From: an uncultured Leptospirales bacterium
Lineage (GTDB): Bacteria > Spirochaetota > UBA4802 > UBA5368
Direction of reading: 5' to 3'
Length of the DNA: 63,448 nt
Assembly (NCBI GenBank): GCA_964625625.1
Contig: CAZVEG010000005.1
Location: 10,877-74,324, forward strand
The first letter of the stretch is position 1, and every line of letters begins with the position of its first letter. The translations under genes and the position numbers were made by a program. The notes beneath the pieces were generated by a model, which was not told the origin of the DNA, searched no databases, and saw only the letters and a list, made by a program, of their open reading frames with translations. This document shows, piece by piece, positions 18,420-27,464 of the stretch.

Positions 18420-19796
18420 TCAGCGGCCGGGGAAGGCGGCCTTGTCAAAATAGCTCTTCTCATTTGAAACGCTGTATTTCTCGAGGTCAATCCTTTTTCC
18501 CCTGGGACCACGCGTATCGCCTCCATCACGCGGCGTCATACCCGCAAGCAGGGAATACACGCCCACCGCGATCCCCTCGGCGATTTCATCCTGGCGCGCG
18601 GTGAGGATATACCGGAACTGGGGCCGGTTGAAATACCCGAGCTCCATAAAGGCCGTAACCGCGTTGAGATAGAGCGGCATATGCCAGACGGAAATATAGG
18701 GCCTGGACAATCGCTGATCCGGGTGTCCCACGCCGTTCAGCCTGAGCGACATAAGAATGTAGCGGATGATTTCCGCCGACGCATAGTGGTTATCGCCGCC
18801 GAAACCCTCCTCTCCGCCGTCTCGGCGGAACCGCTCGAACTCCGACCTCTCCCTGTCCCAGTATCGGCCCGTAAGGCTGATCTTTTCCGGGGCTGCCGCA
18901 TACGGTGTATAATCGGGATGATTCCGTGCGACGACCTCCCAGCCGGGATCATCCCGGTATGGCCAGTCGACCATGTTATGACGGTAGCCCTTGAATCCCG
19001 CCGCATCGACCTTTCGGCGCGAATCGAGTGGGAAACCGCTGAAGTAAAGCATTGAATCGTTCAGGAACCATTCGTATCCCGTCCGCTCGTTCGACTCATC
19101 GAACCATTCCGCGTACGGGCTTGATCTGAAGAAATTTCTGTCCGATTTCTCACCTCGCAGCACCTTGAGCCCCTCGTACAGGAACGCGAAAGGAGGGGTG
19201 ATGACGGGATTCATCCCTCGGAAATATGGCGATCCGCTGCGGGCGACGTGCAAACATACAACGAGATGGGGTCGCATCGCGTTGATGCGAGAGATCCTTC
19301 CAGGACGCATCTTCCCGTCGGATCCCGGATAATCGAAAAGCCGGAACTCGCCATTTGGATCTTCGCGAGAACGGATTTTCTCCCTGTCCAGCGAATCGCC
19401 GCGGCTGAGCGCGACATCGACGACAATCCGCCGGGGTGACTCCGCGGAATAGCGTTCGAGCAGACGACTGAAGCGGCCGAAATCACCATCCTCCCCGCAC
19501 AACGCGAGGATGTCCGCCGCTTTTCTGGCGATTGCGTACACAACCGCATGCTCCTCGATGGCACCCCAGGAGGCACCCTCCTTGAACGGCTGCAGATAGG
19601 TTCCCGAGAGCAGGTCGTAACGATCTCCGTGCCGGGACCGGTCCGGCAGGGTCATACCCCCATGACCGGGATCGAGAACGATCCGGTACACGGGAAATTC
19701 CCTGCGAACGATAGATTCCGGAATAAGGAGAAATACGAATATGGCCAAGACCGCCGCAGCGGCCCGAACGATGCGAAAGCTTGGAAGGTGGATCAT
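18420..19796 (-). CDS. N-acetylmuramoyl-L-alanine amidase (Amidase_3-like) with large insertions
   Basis: VLDPGHGG, E-HAV, CLHVA and FMELGYFN motifs; N-terminal hydrophobic anchor. Confidence 0.7.
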   Translation of the reverse strand: MIHLPSFRIVRAAAAVLAIFVFLLIPESIVRREFPVYRIVLDPGHGGMTLPDRSRHGDRYDLLSGTYLQPFKEGASWGAIEEHAVVYAIARKAADILALCGEDGDFGRFSRLLERYSAESPRRIVVDVALSRGDSLDREKIRSREDPNGEFRLFDYPGSDGKMRPGRISRINAMRPHLVVCLHVARSGSPYFRGMNPVITPPFAFLYEGLKVLRGEKSDRNFFRSSPYAEWFDESNERTGYEWFLNDSMLYFSGFPLDSRRKVDAAGFKGYRHNMVDWPYRDDPGWEVVARNHPDYTPYAAAPEKISLTGRYWDRERSEFERFRRDGGEEGFGGDNHYASAEIIRYILMSLRLNGVGHPDQRLSRPYISVWHMPLYLNAVTAFMELGYFNRPQFRYILTARQDEIAEGIAVGVYSLLAGMTPRDGGDTRGPRGKRIDLEKYSVSNEKSYFDKAAFPGR

Positions 19797-19829
19797 CGGC
19801 CCGGTGCCACGCTGGTATTCAGTATCAAT

Positions 19830-19857
19830 AAAAAAGGGGAAGTGGCTTCCCCTTTTT
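19830..19857. terminator. intrinsic terminator
   Basis: AAAAGGGGAAG-TGG-CTTCCCCTTTT. Confidence 0.8.
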
Positions 19858-19880
19858 CAGACTTCCATATAGGAATAAGG

Positions 19881-20630
19881 CTATTTCGCCGCCGGCTCCG
19901 CCTTCGCCCTTTCGGGGTTGAGTACCCTGTTCAGGTTGTCGGCCTTGTGCACGTCGAACTTGCCCTTCGAATTGGCCGGATCGAGCTCTTCCATGATCCT
20001 GATGCCATAGGCCTTGGCGACGCGATAATGCAGGATCGAAGTCCTGTAAAGCCCGTCGGTATAGGTGTTCTGCGCGTCGTCAAGCTGTCCATAGGCGATC
20101 CTGAGACGCATCATGTTCTGGAATACGACCTTTCCCTTGTTGGGATCGGACTGGCTGCGCTCGTCGAGCGAAAGGTTGAGGATGGTGTCCGCACACTGGA
20201 ACAGCAGCGTCTGCGTGTAGTCCTTATAATGATCACTGATCTTTTTAAAGAGATCGTTAATCGCCTTTTTGTTGTTCTCCAGCTCCACTCGCGAGTAGAT
20301 CACGTCGCGCTTGTAAAAGAAGCCGACCCCTTTTTTATACTGGTCGTATATTTTCTGATAGTCGCCTTCCCAGCCCTGGTCCTTGAAGTTGGATGCTATA
20401 ACCTTGAGTACATAAATTTTCTCCAGGTTTTCCTTTATAAGCTTCTCAGATACCTCAATGGCCTGGAAGCGCGCCAGGTAGTTTTCCTCGGGGCGCTCGG
20501 CTTCCGAATATTCGACCCGCGGATCCTTTTTGGCCTCGTCCGCCTTCTTTTCCTGCGCCGACAAGCCTGTCGACAGCACACAGACGGCAAGAATGAAAAC
20601 GAACCACTTAACGCCATCTCTCAATTTCAT
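19881..20630 (-). CDS. exported alpha-helical hypothetical protein
   Basis: SPI-type signal peptide (LSA-QE), strong AGGAG RBS, own promoter and terminator. Confidence 0.8.
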   Translation of the reverse strand: MKLRDGVKWFVFILAVCVLSTGLSAQEKKADEAKKDPRVEYSEAERPEENYLARFQAIEVSEKLIKENLEKIYVLKVIASNFKDQGWEGDYQKIYDQYKKGVGFFYKRDVIYSRVELENNKKAINDLFKKISDHYKDYTQTLLFQCADTILNLSLDERSQSDPNKGKVVFQNMMRLRIAYGQLDDAQNTYTDGLYRTSILHYRVAKAYGIRIMEELDPANSKGKFDVHKADNLNRVLNPERAKAEPAAK

Positions 20631-20785
20631 AGCATCACTCCTTTTGATCTGCTTTATTCATGATACCGCGGACTTCCATGCCCGCGCCGCCTGTTCCGCA
20701 TTCAGCGGTTCTCCCGATTGATTCCGCCGCCCCGTCCGGGCACTCCACAGGCATGGCGGCGAGCCGCCTTTTACAAGCAGGGCAA

Positions 20786-20814
20786 AGGATAATGAACAAT
20801 TTAATTATAAGCAA
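20786..20814 (-). promoter_or_regulatory. sigma70-type promoter with AT-rich UP region
   Basis: TTGCTT-17nt-TATCCT preceded by long A/T tracts. Confidence 0.55.
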
Positions 20815-20905
20815 CTTTTTTTTTAAAAATTTTATTTTTTATTATGGGCCGCTACCGCCGCATTATGTCGTATATTGCATGCTCGTCCGATCTCTCCGGC
20901 CTCTA

Positions 20906-22252
20906 TCAGCCGTTTTCCTTCACGAGCAGAATCCGCACATCCATCACATTGGTGTTGGTGGGGCCGGTTTTTATGAGATCCCCGAGGCGGTCGAAATAAT
21001 TATACGAATCGTTGTTTTTGACGTACGATCCGGCATCCAGGCCGGCAGTCGCGGCCCGGGCGGTCGTAACGCCGTCGGCGAAGGCGCCGGCAGCATCGGT
21101 CGGCCCGTCGGTGCCATCAGTGCCCACGCTCGCCGCGCATATGCCCCGCGTCCCGGCCAGAAATACGGCCGAATGCAGCGCGAATTCCATGTTGCGCCCG
21201 CCAAGCCCTTTTCCCAGCACCTCGACCGTCGTCTCCCCCCCGCTTATGATACAAACGGGAGGCCGCGCCGGATTACCAGTGGCGAGCACCTCCCTGGCGA
21301 TGGCCGCGTGGAAAAGGGCGACCTGGCGGGTATCTCCTTCGATGAGCGATGAAAGGATAACCGGTGTGTAGCCCAGGGACTCCGCCGTCCGGCGCGCGGC
21401 ATCGAGCGCAAGAAAGTTCGACGCGATGATGACGCCCGTCACGCCGGCGAAGCATTCCGCGTCCGCCTTGGGATTCTCCGGCACCCGGCCCCCGATCCCG
21501 TCGCGAATGCGCTTGAGCACGGCCGCGGGCACCAGCCCCGCGATTTTATACCGCTCGAGTATGGCCAGCGCACCGGCGAAGGTCGACGCGTCGGGAACGA
21601 ACGGCCCCGACGCGATTACGTCGGGATCGTCCCCCACCACGTCCGAGATCATGAGGTTGATCACGGTGGCAGGGTGCGCGGCCCGGGCGAGGTTCCCGCC
21701 CTTGATAAGAGACAGGTGTTTGCGCACGGCGTTCGTCTCGTGGATGGACGCCCCGCTTTTCAATAGAAGATTTGTCGTGGCTCGTTTTTCTTCAAGCGTG
21801 ACCGGCGGTGCCGGCAGCGGCAGCAGGGCGGAGCCCCCTCCGGAAATAAGCGAGATCACGAGGTCTTCCTTCCCCGCACCGGCGGCCATCTCTAAAATCC
21901 GTTCCGCGGCCATCGTCCCTTTCTCATCCGGCACCGGATGAGCGGCCTCGATCGTTTCAACGCGAGTGAGCGGCGCCGTATATCCGTACTTCACCGATAT
22001 GCAGCCCGCCGTAATCCTGCTCCCGAGCAGTTCCTCCACCGCTTTTGCCATAAGCGCGGTCGCCTTCCCCGCCCCCAGCACATATACGTGGCGGAACCGG
22101 GCGAAATCGAGCTCGCGGACCATATCACCGCCTGAATAAACAATCAGGTTGTCGCCGCGAATCCGCAGGTGATCGAGCACCGCCCTCCGCGGATTGACGG
22201 CATCAATCGCGGCGGTGTATATTTTCCGAATATCATCCCGTTCGTTCCCCAT
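20906..22252 (-). CDS. glycerate kinase type 2 (GckA/TtuD, MOFRL)
   Basis: GAGKA, AAHPVPD, ISGGGSAL, SGGETTV, GGRNME and GTDGTDG motifs. Confidence 0.92.
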   Translation of the reverse strand: MGNERDDIRKIYTAAIDAVNPRRAVLDHLRIRGDNLIVYSGGDMVRELDFARFRHVYVLGAGKATALMAKAVEELLGSRITAGCISVKYGYTAPLTRVETIEAAHPVPDEKGTMAAERILEMAAGAGKEDLVISLISGGGSALLPLPAPPVTLEEKRATTNLLLKSGASIHETNAVRKHLSLIKGGNLARAAHPATVINLMISDVVGDDPDVIASGPFVPDASTFAGALAILERYKIAGLVPAAVLKRIRDGIGGRVPENPKADAECFAGVTGVIIASNFLALDAARRTAESLGYTPVILSSLIEGDTRQVALFHAAIAREVLATGNPARPPVCIISGGETTVEVLGKGLGGRNMEFALHSAVFLAGTRGICAASVGTDGTDGPTDAAGAFADGVTTARAATAGLDAGSYVKNNDSYNYFDRLGDLIKTGPTNTNVMDVRILLVKENG

Positions 22253-22435
22253 TCCGCGCCCCCGGTATGAACATACGTTTAATCCACCCGGACGATGCTA
22301 TCGTGGCCCCTCGCCTTTTGCAAGCCCTTCTCCGCCGGGCGGACCGTCGAGCCCCGGACGGGATAAAACTTATTTGACATCCCGCCGGAAATGGCGCGGA
22401 TTAGTCTATCATCAGGTTTCCCGCGAGGACATGCA

Positions 22436-23818
22436 ATGATTTCATACCCGTCCCGAAAGGACCTTATCCAGCGCGTGTACGACCACAAGCAGGAACATAT
22501 CTTCGCGTTCTGGGACCGGCTTTCAGACGCCGGGAAAAGCGCGTTGCTCGATGACGCGGAATCCATCGATTTCGACCTTCTCACGCGCCTTTACACGCAG
22601 GCCGGGCAGAGCACCCCGGTTACGATGGGCTTTGAGCCCGCGCCCTATATTCCGATCCCCTCAGGCGCCGAAGAACTCCGCCGATTCGACTCGGCCCGCG
22701 CGGCCGGGGCCGGAGTCATCAGAAGGGGCGCCGTCGCCGCTTTCGTCGTGGCGGGCGGACAGGGCTCCCGTCTTGGCTTCGACGGCCCCAAGGGACTCTT
22801 CGGAGTCGGGTCGGTTTCCGGAAAATCCCTCTTCCAGATACACGCGGAGAAAATCCTTCAGAGCTCGAAAAAATACGGAACGTCCATACCCTGGCTCATC
22901 ATGACTTCACGGGCCAACCACGAGGACACGGTTCGTTATCTCGCCAGCCGCCGTTACTTCGGACTGGACGAAAGGGACGTGTACATATTCCCCCAGAGCA
23001 TGATCCCGTCCCTTGACGCAGGCGGCAGATTGATTCTCGAATCACCCTCGGCCATCTTCAAGAATCCCGACGGCCACGGTGGGAGCCTCGGCGCTCTCGC
23101 CGAATCGGGAACGCTCGCGGCGATGCGTGAACGCGGCATCGAGATCATCTCGTACTTCCAGGTGGACAACCCGCTCGTTTCCATTATCGATCCCGTCTTC
23201 ATAGGATTTCACGAGCAGGGCGGTGCCGATATTTCGAGCAAAGGTCTCATGAAAGCCTATCCCAGCGAAAAAATCGGCGTGTTCGTGCGCTTCGACGACG
23301 GGACCATCGGTGTGGTTGAGTATTCGGACCTCCCCGAACATCTGCAGAACCTGCGTGATACCGACGGCAGGCTTCGCTTCTGCATGGGAAGCATCGCCAT
23401 CCACCTTTTCAGCGTCGATTTCCTCGAAAAGATAACGGGTGGATCCGCGCTCTCTCTTCCTTTCCATATAGCGCGGAAAAAAATAATGTCCCACACCGCG
23501 TCGGGGCCCGCCGAAATCGAGGGGTTTAAATTTGAAAAATTCGTCTTCGATGCCCTGCCGCTTACTGAGAAGAACATCGTGCTCGAAATAATCCGGGAGG
23601 ATGAGTTCGCGCCGGTTAAAAACCCCTCGGGGGTCGACTCGGTCGAATCGGCTCGGGAGCTCATGACGGCCCTCTTCCGGCGCTGGCTCGACGGGCGCGG
23701 CATTCCCATCCCCCCGCGGGTGAAAAGACTGGAGATATCACCGCTCCTGGCGCTGGAAGCGGCGGATGTTCCCCCGTCCATAAAAGTACCCGACACCGAA
23801 AACGTTTACCTGGAATAA
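22436..23818 (+). CDS. eukaryote-type UDP-sugar pyrophosphorylase (UDPGP/UAP family)
   Basis: AGGQGSRLGFDGPKG, NPDGHGG, QVDNP, VVEYSDL, KFEKFVFD and EFAPVKN motifs. Confidence 0.88.
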   Translation: MISYPSRKDLIQRVYDHKQEHIFAFWDRLSDAGKSALLDDAESIDFDLLTRLYTQAGQSTPVTMGFEPAPYIPIPSGAEELRRFDSARAAGAGVIRRGAVAAFVVAGGQGSRLGFDGPKGLFGVGSVSGKSLFQIHAEKILQSSKKYGTSIPWLIMTSRANHEDTVRYLASRRYFGLDERDVYIFPQSMIPSLDAGGRLILESPSAIFKNPDGHGGSLGALAESGTLAAMRERGIEIISYFQVDNPLVSIIDPVFIGFHEQGGADISSKGLMKAYPSEKIGVFVRFDDGTIGVVEYSDLPEHLQNLRDTDGRLRFCMGSIAIHLFSVDFLEKITGGSALSLPFHIARKKIMSHTASGPAEIEGFKFEKFVFDALPLTEKNIVLEIIREDEFAPVKNPSGVDSVESARELMTALFRRWLDGRGIPIPPRVKRLEISPLLALEAADVPPSIKVPDTENVYLE

Positions 23819-23833
23819 AACGCGGAAAGGAGA

Positions 23834-24700
23834 ATGCGTATCATGCAGCGGTATATAGAAAAAGTCGGCACCCTCATAGAGTCGTTCCCCTACATCCGGG
23901 AATTCTACGGCAAAACCATCGTCATTAAATATGGCGGGCACGCGATGGAGGATGAACGTCTCAAGCGTTCTTTCGCCACCGACATGGTGCTCCTCAAACT
24001 GGTCGGAATAAATCCGGTCATCGTCCACGGCGGCGGTCCGCAGATCGGCGATCTCCTCAAACAGGTCGGGAAGAAGAGCGAGTTCGTGGCGGGGATGCGC
24101 GTCACCGACAGCGAAACCATGGACATCGTCGAGATGGTGCTGGTCGGCAAGGTCAACAAGGAGATCGTCCATAACATAAACATGGTCGGGGGCCGTGCCG
24201 TCGGCCTCTCCGGAAAGGACGGAGGCCTCATCATCGCACAGAAGCTCTTTCACGATGACAACGGCAAAAAGCTCGACATCGGGCTGGTGGGATCGGTTAA
24301 CCGGGTAAACCCGCTGGTGATCGAGGCACTCGACCGCGAAAAATTCATCCCGGTTATCGCTCCCATCGGGTATGACGAGACCGGTGCCACCTACAACATC
24401 AACGCCGATACCGCGGCCGGCGCCATCGCGGAGGCCCTGCGGGCCGAAAAACTCATACTCCTCACCGACATCGAGGGCGTAAAGATCGGCGGCTCGCTCG
24501 CCTCGACTCTCACCGCGTCGGAAATTCCCGCGCTCATCGCATCGAACGAGATAAGCGGCGGGATGATCCCCAAGGTCAACTGCTGTCTCGACGCCCTTCG
24601 CGGAGTCAACAAGACGCATATCATAGACGGCCGGGTCGAGCACGCCGTTCTCCTTGAAATATTTACGGACGCCGGTATCGGAACCGAAATCGTCAACTGA
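23834..24700 (+). CDS. argB: acetylglutamate kinase
   Basis: [27 protein letters not shown] and GGMIPKV motifs. Confidence 0.96.
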   Translation: MRIMQRYIEKVGTLIESFPYIREFYGKTIVIKYGGHAMEDERLKRSFATDMVLLKLVGINPVIVHGGGPQIGDLLKQVGKKSEFVAGMRVTDSETMDIVEMVLVGKVNKEIVHNINMVGGRAVGLSGKDGGLIIAQKLFHDDNGKKLDIGLVGSVNRVNPLVIEALDREKFIPVIAPIGYDETGATYNINADTAAGAIAEALRAEKLILLTDIEGVKIGGSLASTLTASEIPALIASNEISGGMIPKVNCCLDALRGVNKTHIIDGRVEHAVLLEIFTDAGIGTEIVN

Positions 24701-24752
24701 ACGCTCAATTCGCCACCTCCTGACCACCCGGGAGCGCCCTGGAAATTTTTGT

Positions 24753-24780
24753 TTGACAGAACGGGCACCCTCCATAGAGT
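24753..24780 (+). promoter_or_regulatory. sigma70-type promoter of tRNA cluster
   Basis: TTGACA-16nt-TAGAGT, 7 nt before tRNA-Ser. Confidence 0.6.
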
Positions 24781-24787
24781 TACACGC

Positions 24788-24871
24788 GGAGGGTTGTCTG
24801 AGTGGTCTATAGAGGCGGTCTTGAAAACCGTTGAGTGACAAGCTCCGGGGGTTCGAATCCCTCACCCTCCG
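24788..24871 (+). tRNA. tRNA-Ser(TGA)
   Basis: GGAGGGT/ACCCTCC acceptor stem, CT-TGA-AA anticodon loop, long variable arm, GTTCGAATC T-loop; CCA not encoded. Confidence 0.95.
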
Positions 24872-24900
24872 ATATCACACAACCGGTTTATAACTACACT

Positions 24901-24987
24901 GGAGAGATGCCCGAGAGGCCGAAGGGGACGGTTTGCTAAACCGTTGTACCAAATACGGTACCGAGGGTTCGAATCCCTCTCTCTCCG
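24901..24987 (+). tRNA. tRNA-Ser(GCT)
   Basis: GGAGAGA/TCTCTCC acceptor stem, TT-GCT-AA anticodon loop, long variable arm; CCA not encoded. Confidence 0.95.
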
Positions 24988-25001
24988 AAAGGATACACGC
25001 A

Positions 25002-25571
25002 GTGAAGTTTGTACACGCCGTGAAAGATCGACTCCCCCTGCTTAAAGAGAAGGCGCTTGTCACACTGCGCTACGTCAGGGACTTTCGGGAAAACTGGCCC
25101 CGTACGCGCGAGTGGCTGATTTTCGCGCGGGGCAGGGTGCTCGCGGCGGCGATCTATCTCCGCGACATCCGGCGGCACTGGCCCGAGATCAGGGTCGTCC
25201 TGGAACAATACCGGAACGAGATCTACCTGCCAATGTACAATAAATACTTCGCCGCGATGGCCTATCTTCCGTTTATCGGCTGGCTCGTGCCGCTGTATCT
25301 CAAACCGGACGACGAGCTGTGCCAGGAGAACGGGAGGCGCGGATTCGTGCTCTCGGTTGTTTTCACCGGAACGGCGCTCGCGCTGTTTTTCCTGTACTTT
25401 ATTTTTGTCCCGAGGGACTGGCGCGCGGTGCGCTTCGTGCTGGCGTTTACGGTATACCTCGTCCATACCGCGTACTTTTCAGTCTGCGTGTGGGCGGTTT
25501 ATTACCTGGTCAGGGAAAAAAGGCTTGAAATGCCCTGGCTGGAGAAATATATTCACGTGGTGGAGTTGTAG
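25002..25571 (+). CDS. membrane protein with DUF4870/Tic20-like C-terminal half
   Basis: GTG start with AAAGGA RBS just after the tRNA; AMAYLPFIGWLVPL...ENGRRG followed by transmembrane helices. The track start at 24933 lies inside the tRNA. Confidence 0.65.
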   Translation: MKFVHAVKDRLPLLKEKALVTLRYVRDFRENWPRTREWLIFARGRVLAAAIYLRDIRRHWPEIRVVLEQYRNEIYLPMYNKYFAAMAYLPFIGWLVPLYLKPDDELCQENGRRGFVLSVVFTGTALALFFLYFIFVPRDWRAVRFVLAFTVYLVHTAYFSVCVWAVYYLVREKRLEMPWLEKYIHVVEL

Positions 25572-25588
25572 CGGCACAATAAACAAAC

Positions 25589-25662
25589 GCGTCTATAGCT
25601 CAGCTGGATAGAGCGCCGGACTACGAATCCGTAGGTCAGAGGTTCGAATCCTCTTAGACGCG
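25589..25662 (+). tRNA. tRNA-Arg(ACG)
   Basis: GCGTCTA/TAGACGC acceptor stem, AGCTCAGCTGGATAGAGC D-arm, CT-ACG-AA anticodon loop; CCA not encoded. Confidence 0.95.
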
Positions 25663-25788
25663 CAAATGCTTGAAAAGGCGGGAACTGTTCTCGCCTTTTC
25701 TTTTATCCCCTCCGGGTGGAGCGACACCACCCGGCGCAAGAATTCTGTACACCGACGACGCAAAACGGGAAGGAGCCGGCGCACAAAC

Positions 25789-26277
25789 ATGCACGAAGAC
25801 TCCTCATTCATGCTGATCGCGCTCGAGGAAGCGCGCATTGCATATGAAGAGGGCGAAATTCCCGTGGGAGCGGTCATCACCCGGGAGGGAGCGATAATCG
25901 CCCGCGCTCACAACAGGAATCGGGCCCTCGGTAACCCCCTCCATCACGCCGAGATGATCGCCATAAACTCAGCGGCCCTCGCGCTCGGCAATGAACGTCT
26001 GAATGGATGCACGCTGTATGCCACCAAGGAGCCCTGTGTGATGTGCGCCGGGGCCATCGTGCATGCGCGCATTGAACGACTCGTCATCGCCGCCGAAGAT
26101 GTAAAGTACGGTGCGTGCGGTACGGTCTTCAGCGTCTGCGGTGACAGGCGGCTCAACCATGTCCCGGAGATAATTTTCGGCCTGATGCGCGATGAGGCCT
26201 CCGCTCTGCTTACGTCATTTTTCAGGAATCTGCGCGACGGGAAAAGGTCAAAAGGTCCACATTCCCCGGATATATAA
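25789..26277 (+). CDS. tadA: tRNA adenosine(34) deaminase
   Basis: EIPVGAVI, HAEMIAI, TKEPCVMCAGAI and KYGACG motifs; start at ATG 25789. Confidence 0.93.
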   Translation: MHEDSSFMLIALEEARIAYEEGEIPVGAVITREGAIIARAHNRNRALGNPLHHAEMIAINSAALALGNERLNGCTLYATKEPCVMCAGAIVHARIERLVIAAEDVKYGACGTVFSVCGDRRLNHVPEIIFGLMRDEASALLTSFFRNLRDGKRSKGPHSPDI

Positions 26278-26396
26278 ATTTTTCCGAAAAATCGTCAACC
26301 CCTTGACATTTCAACGGCTTTCCATTTCCATAACGCCTTATTGTCCGGGGCGGTTCGCCGATACCGGAGACACTCAGAAACCAAAGCGTACGGCAC

Positions 26397-27365
26397 ATGA
26401 AACGAATCCTGACCCTCGCACTCGTCGCCCTGTTCAGCCTTAATCTCGCGCTCTCCGCGCAGGAAGCGCCGGCGGAAGACCCGCAGCCCCCCGTCGAACA
26501 GCCGGCCTCCGTTTCCGACAGCCCGACGGTGCGCCTCCCCGTCAACCTGTATGACACCTTCAGCTTCGACGAATCTAAATGGCCCTATATCCGCACCGGG
26601 ATATATATGTTCGGCCCCGGCTTCGTTACCGTCTGGGGCCTGGTGGAGTGGGGCTGGTTCGACGGAACGTCGTTTTTGTATAAGCCCTCGAAGGTCTGGG
26701 GTGCGCACGCACTCAACGGCGCCTCCGATAAATTCGGCCACCTGTATGGAACCTACGCCGTCAAACGGCTGTCCACGTTCTTCTTCCGCTCCACGGGCTC
26801 ATCACCAATGCGCGCGAACATAGAGGGAGGCATTTACGCCAGCTCCGTTCAGCTCATCATGGAAATCGGAGACGGGTTTTCCTCCGCCCAGGGATTCGAC
26901 ATAAACGACGTCATCTTCAACACCATCGGCGCCGGGATCGGGATGCTCCTTGACGGATTCCCCGTTCTCGATCGGATTTTCGCACTCCAGTGGGAGTACG
27001 TTCCCACCAAGAAATTCAGAAAATCGTTTGAAAAAAACGGGGGGGGCGATTTTTTCACCGACTACAGCGGCCAGAAATACCTGCTCGTCACCAAACTCGG
27101 CGGCATCCCCTATCTCTCGCTTACGCCGCTCCGTTACATTAACTTGGACTTCGGCTATTACTCGCGCGGCTTTTACAACAGCTACTTCGATCGCGATACG
27201 CGGAACATCTATATCGGCATGTCGATCAATTACACCATCGCCTTCGGAGATATTCTTCCGACGGGATATGCCTCTTCCACGCTGCAGTCGTTTTTCAATC
27301 ACTACCATCCGCCGTTCGACCTGGAGATCAGGGACTGGGAGCTCACCAGTGCGAAGAACATGTAA
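26397..27365 (+). CDS. DUF2279/YfiM-like exported or outer-membrane protein
   Basis: Signal peptide, SDKFGHLY, EIGDGFS, GFDINDVIFN and DYSGQKY motifs. Confidence 0.7.
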   Translation: MKRILTLALVALFSLNLALSAQEAPAEDPQPPVEQPASVSDSPTVRLPVNLYDTFSFDESKWPYIRTGIYMFGPGFVTVWGLVEWGWFDGTSFLYKPSKVWGAHALNGASDKFGHLYGTYAVKRLSTFFFRSTGSSPMRANIEGGIYASSVQLIMEIGDGFSSAQGFDINDVIFNTIGAGIGMLLDGFPVLDRIFALQWEYVPTKKFRKSFEKNGGGDFFTDYSGQKYLLVTKLGGIPYLSLTPLRYINLDFGYYSRGFYNSYFDRDTRNIYIGMSINYTIAFGDILPTGYASSTLQSFFNHYHPPFDLEIRDWELTSAKNM

Positions 27366-27412
27366 CCGACGACGATAGCAACCGGCATCCGCCCGCGCAG
27401 GGTGGTCATAAT

Positions 27413-27441
27413 AAAAAGCGGCATCGAACGATGCCGCTTTT
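27413..27441. terminator. bidirectional intrinsic terminator
   Basis: AAAAGCGGCATCG-AA-CGATGCCGCTTTT between convergent genes. Confidence 0.85.
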
Positions 27442-27464
27442 CCATCCGCTCTTCGGAATACGAT

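Noticed and set aside
24788-25662. tRNA cluster as an integration site for a mobile element
   Set aside because: No integrase, no duplicated tRNA 3' end and no evident compositional island
26278-26396. SRP RNA (ffs), often found after tadA
   Set aside because: No CAGG...GGAA...AGCAG domain IV motif
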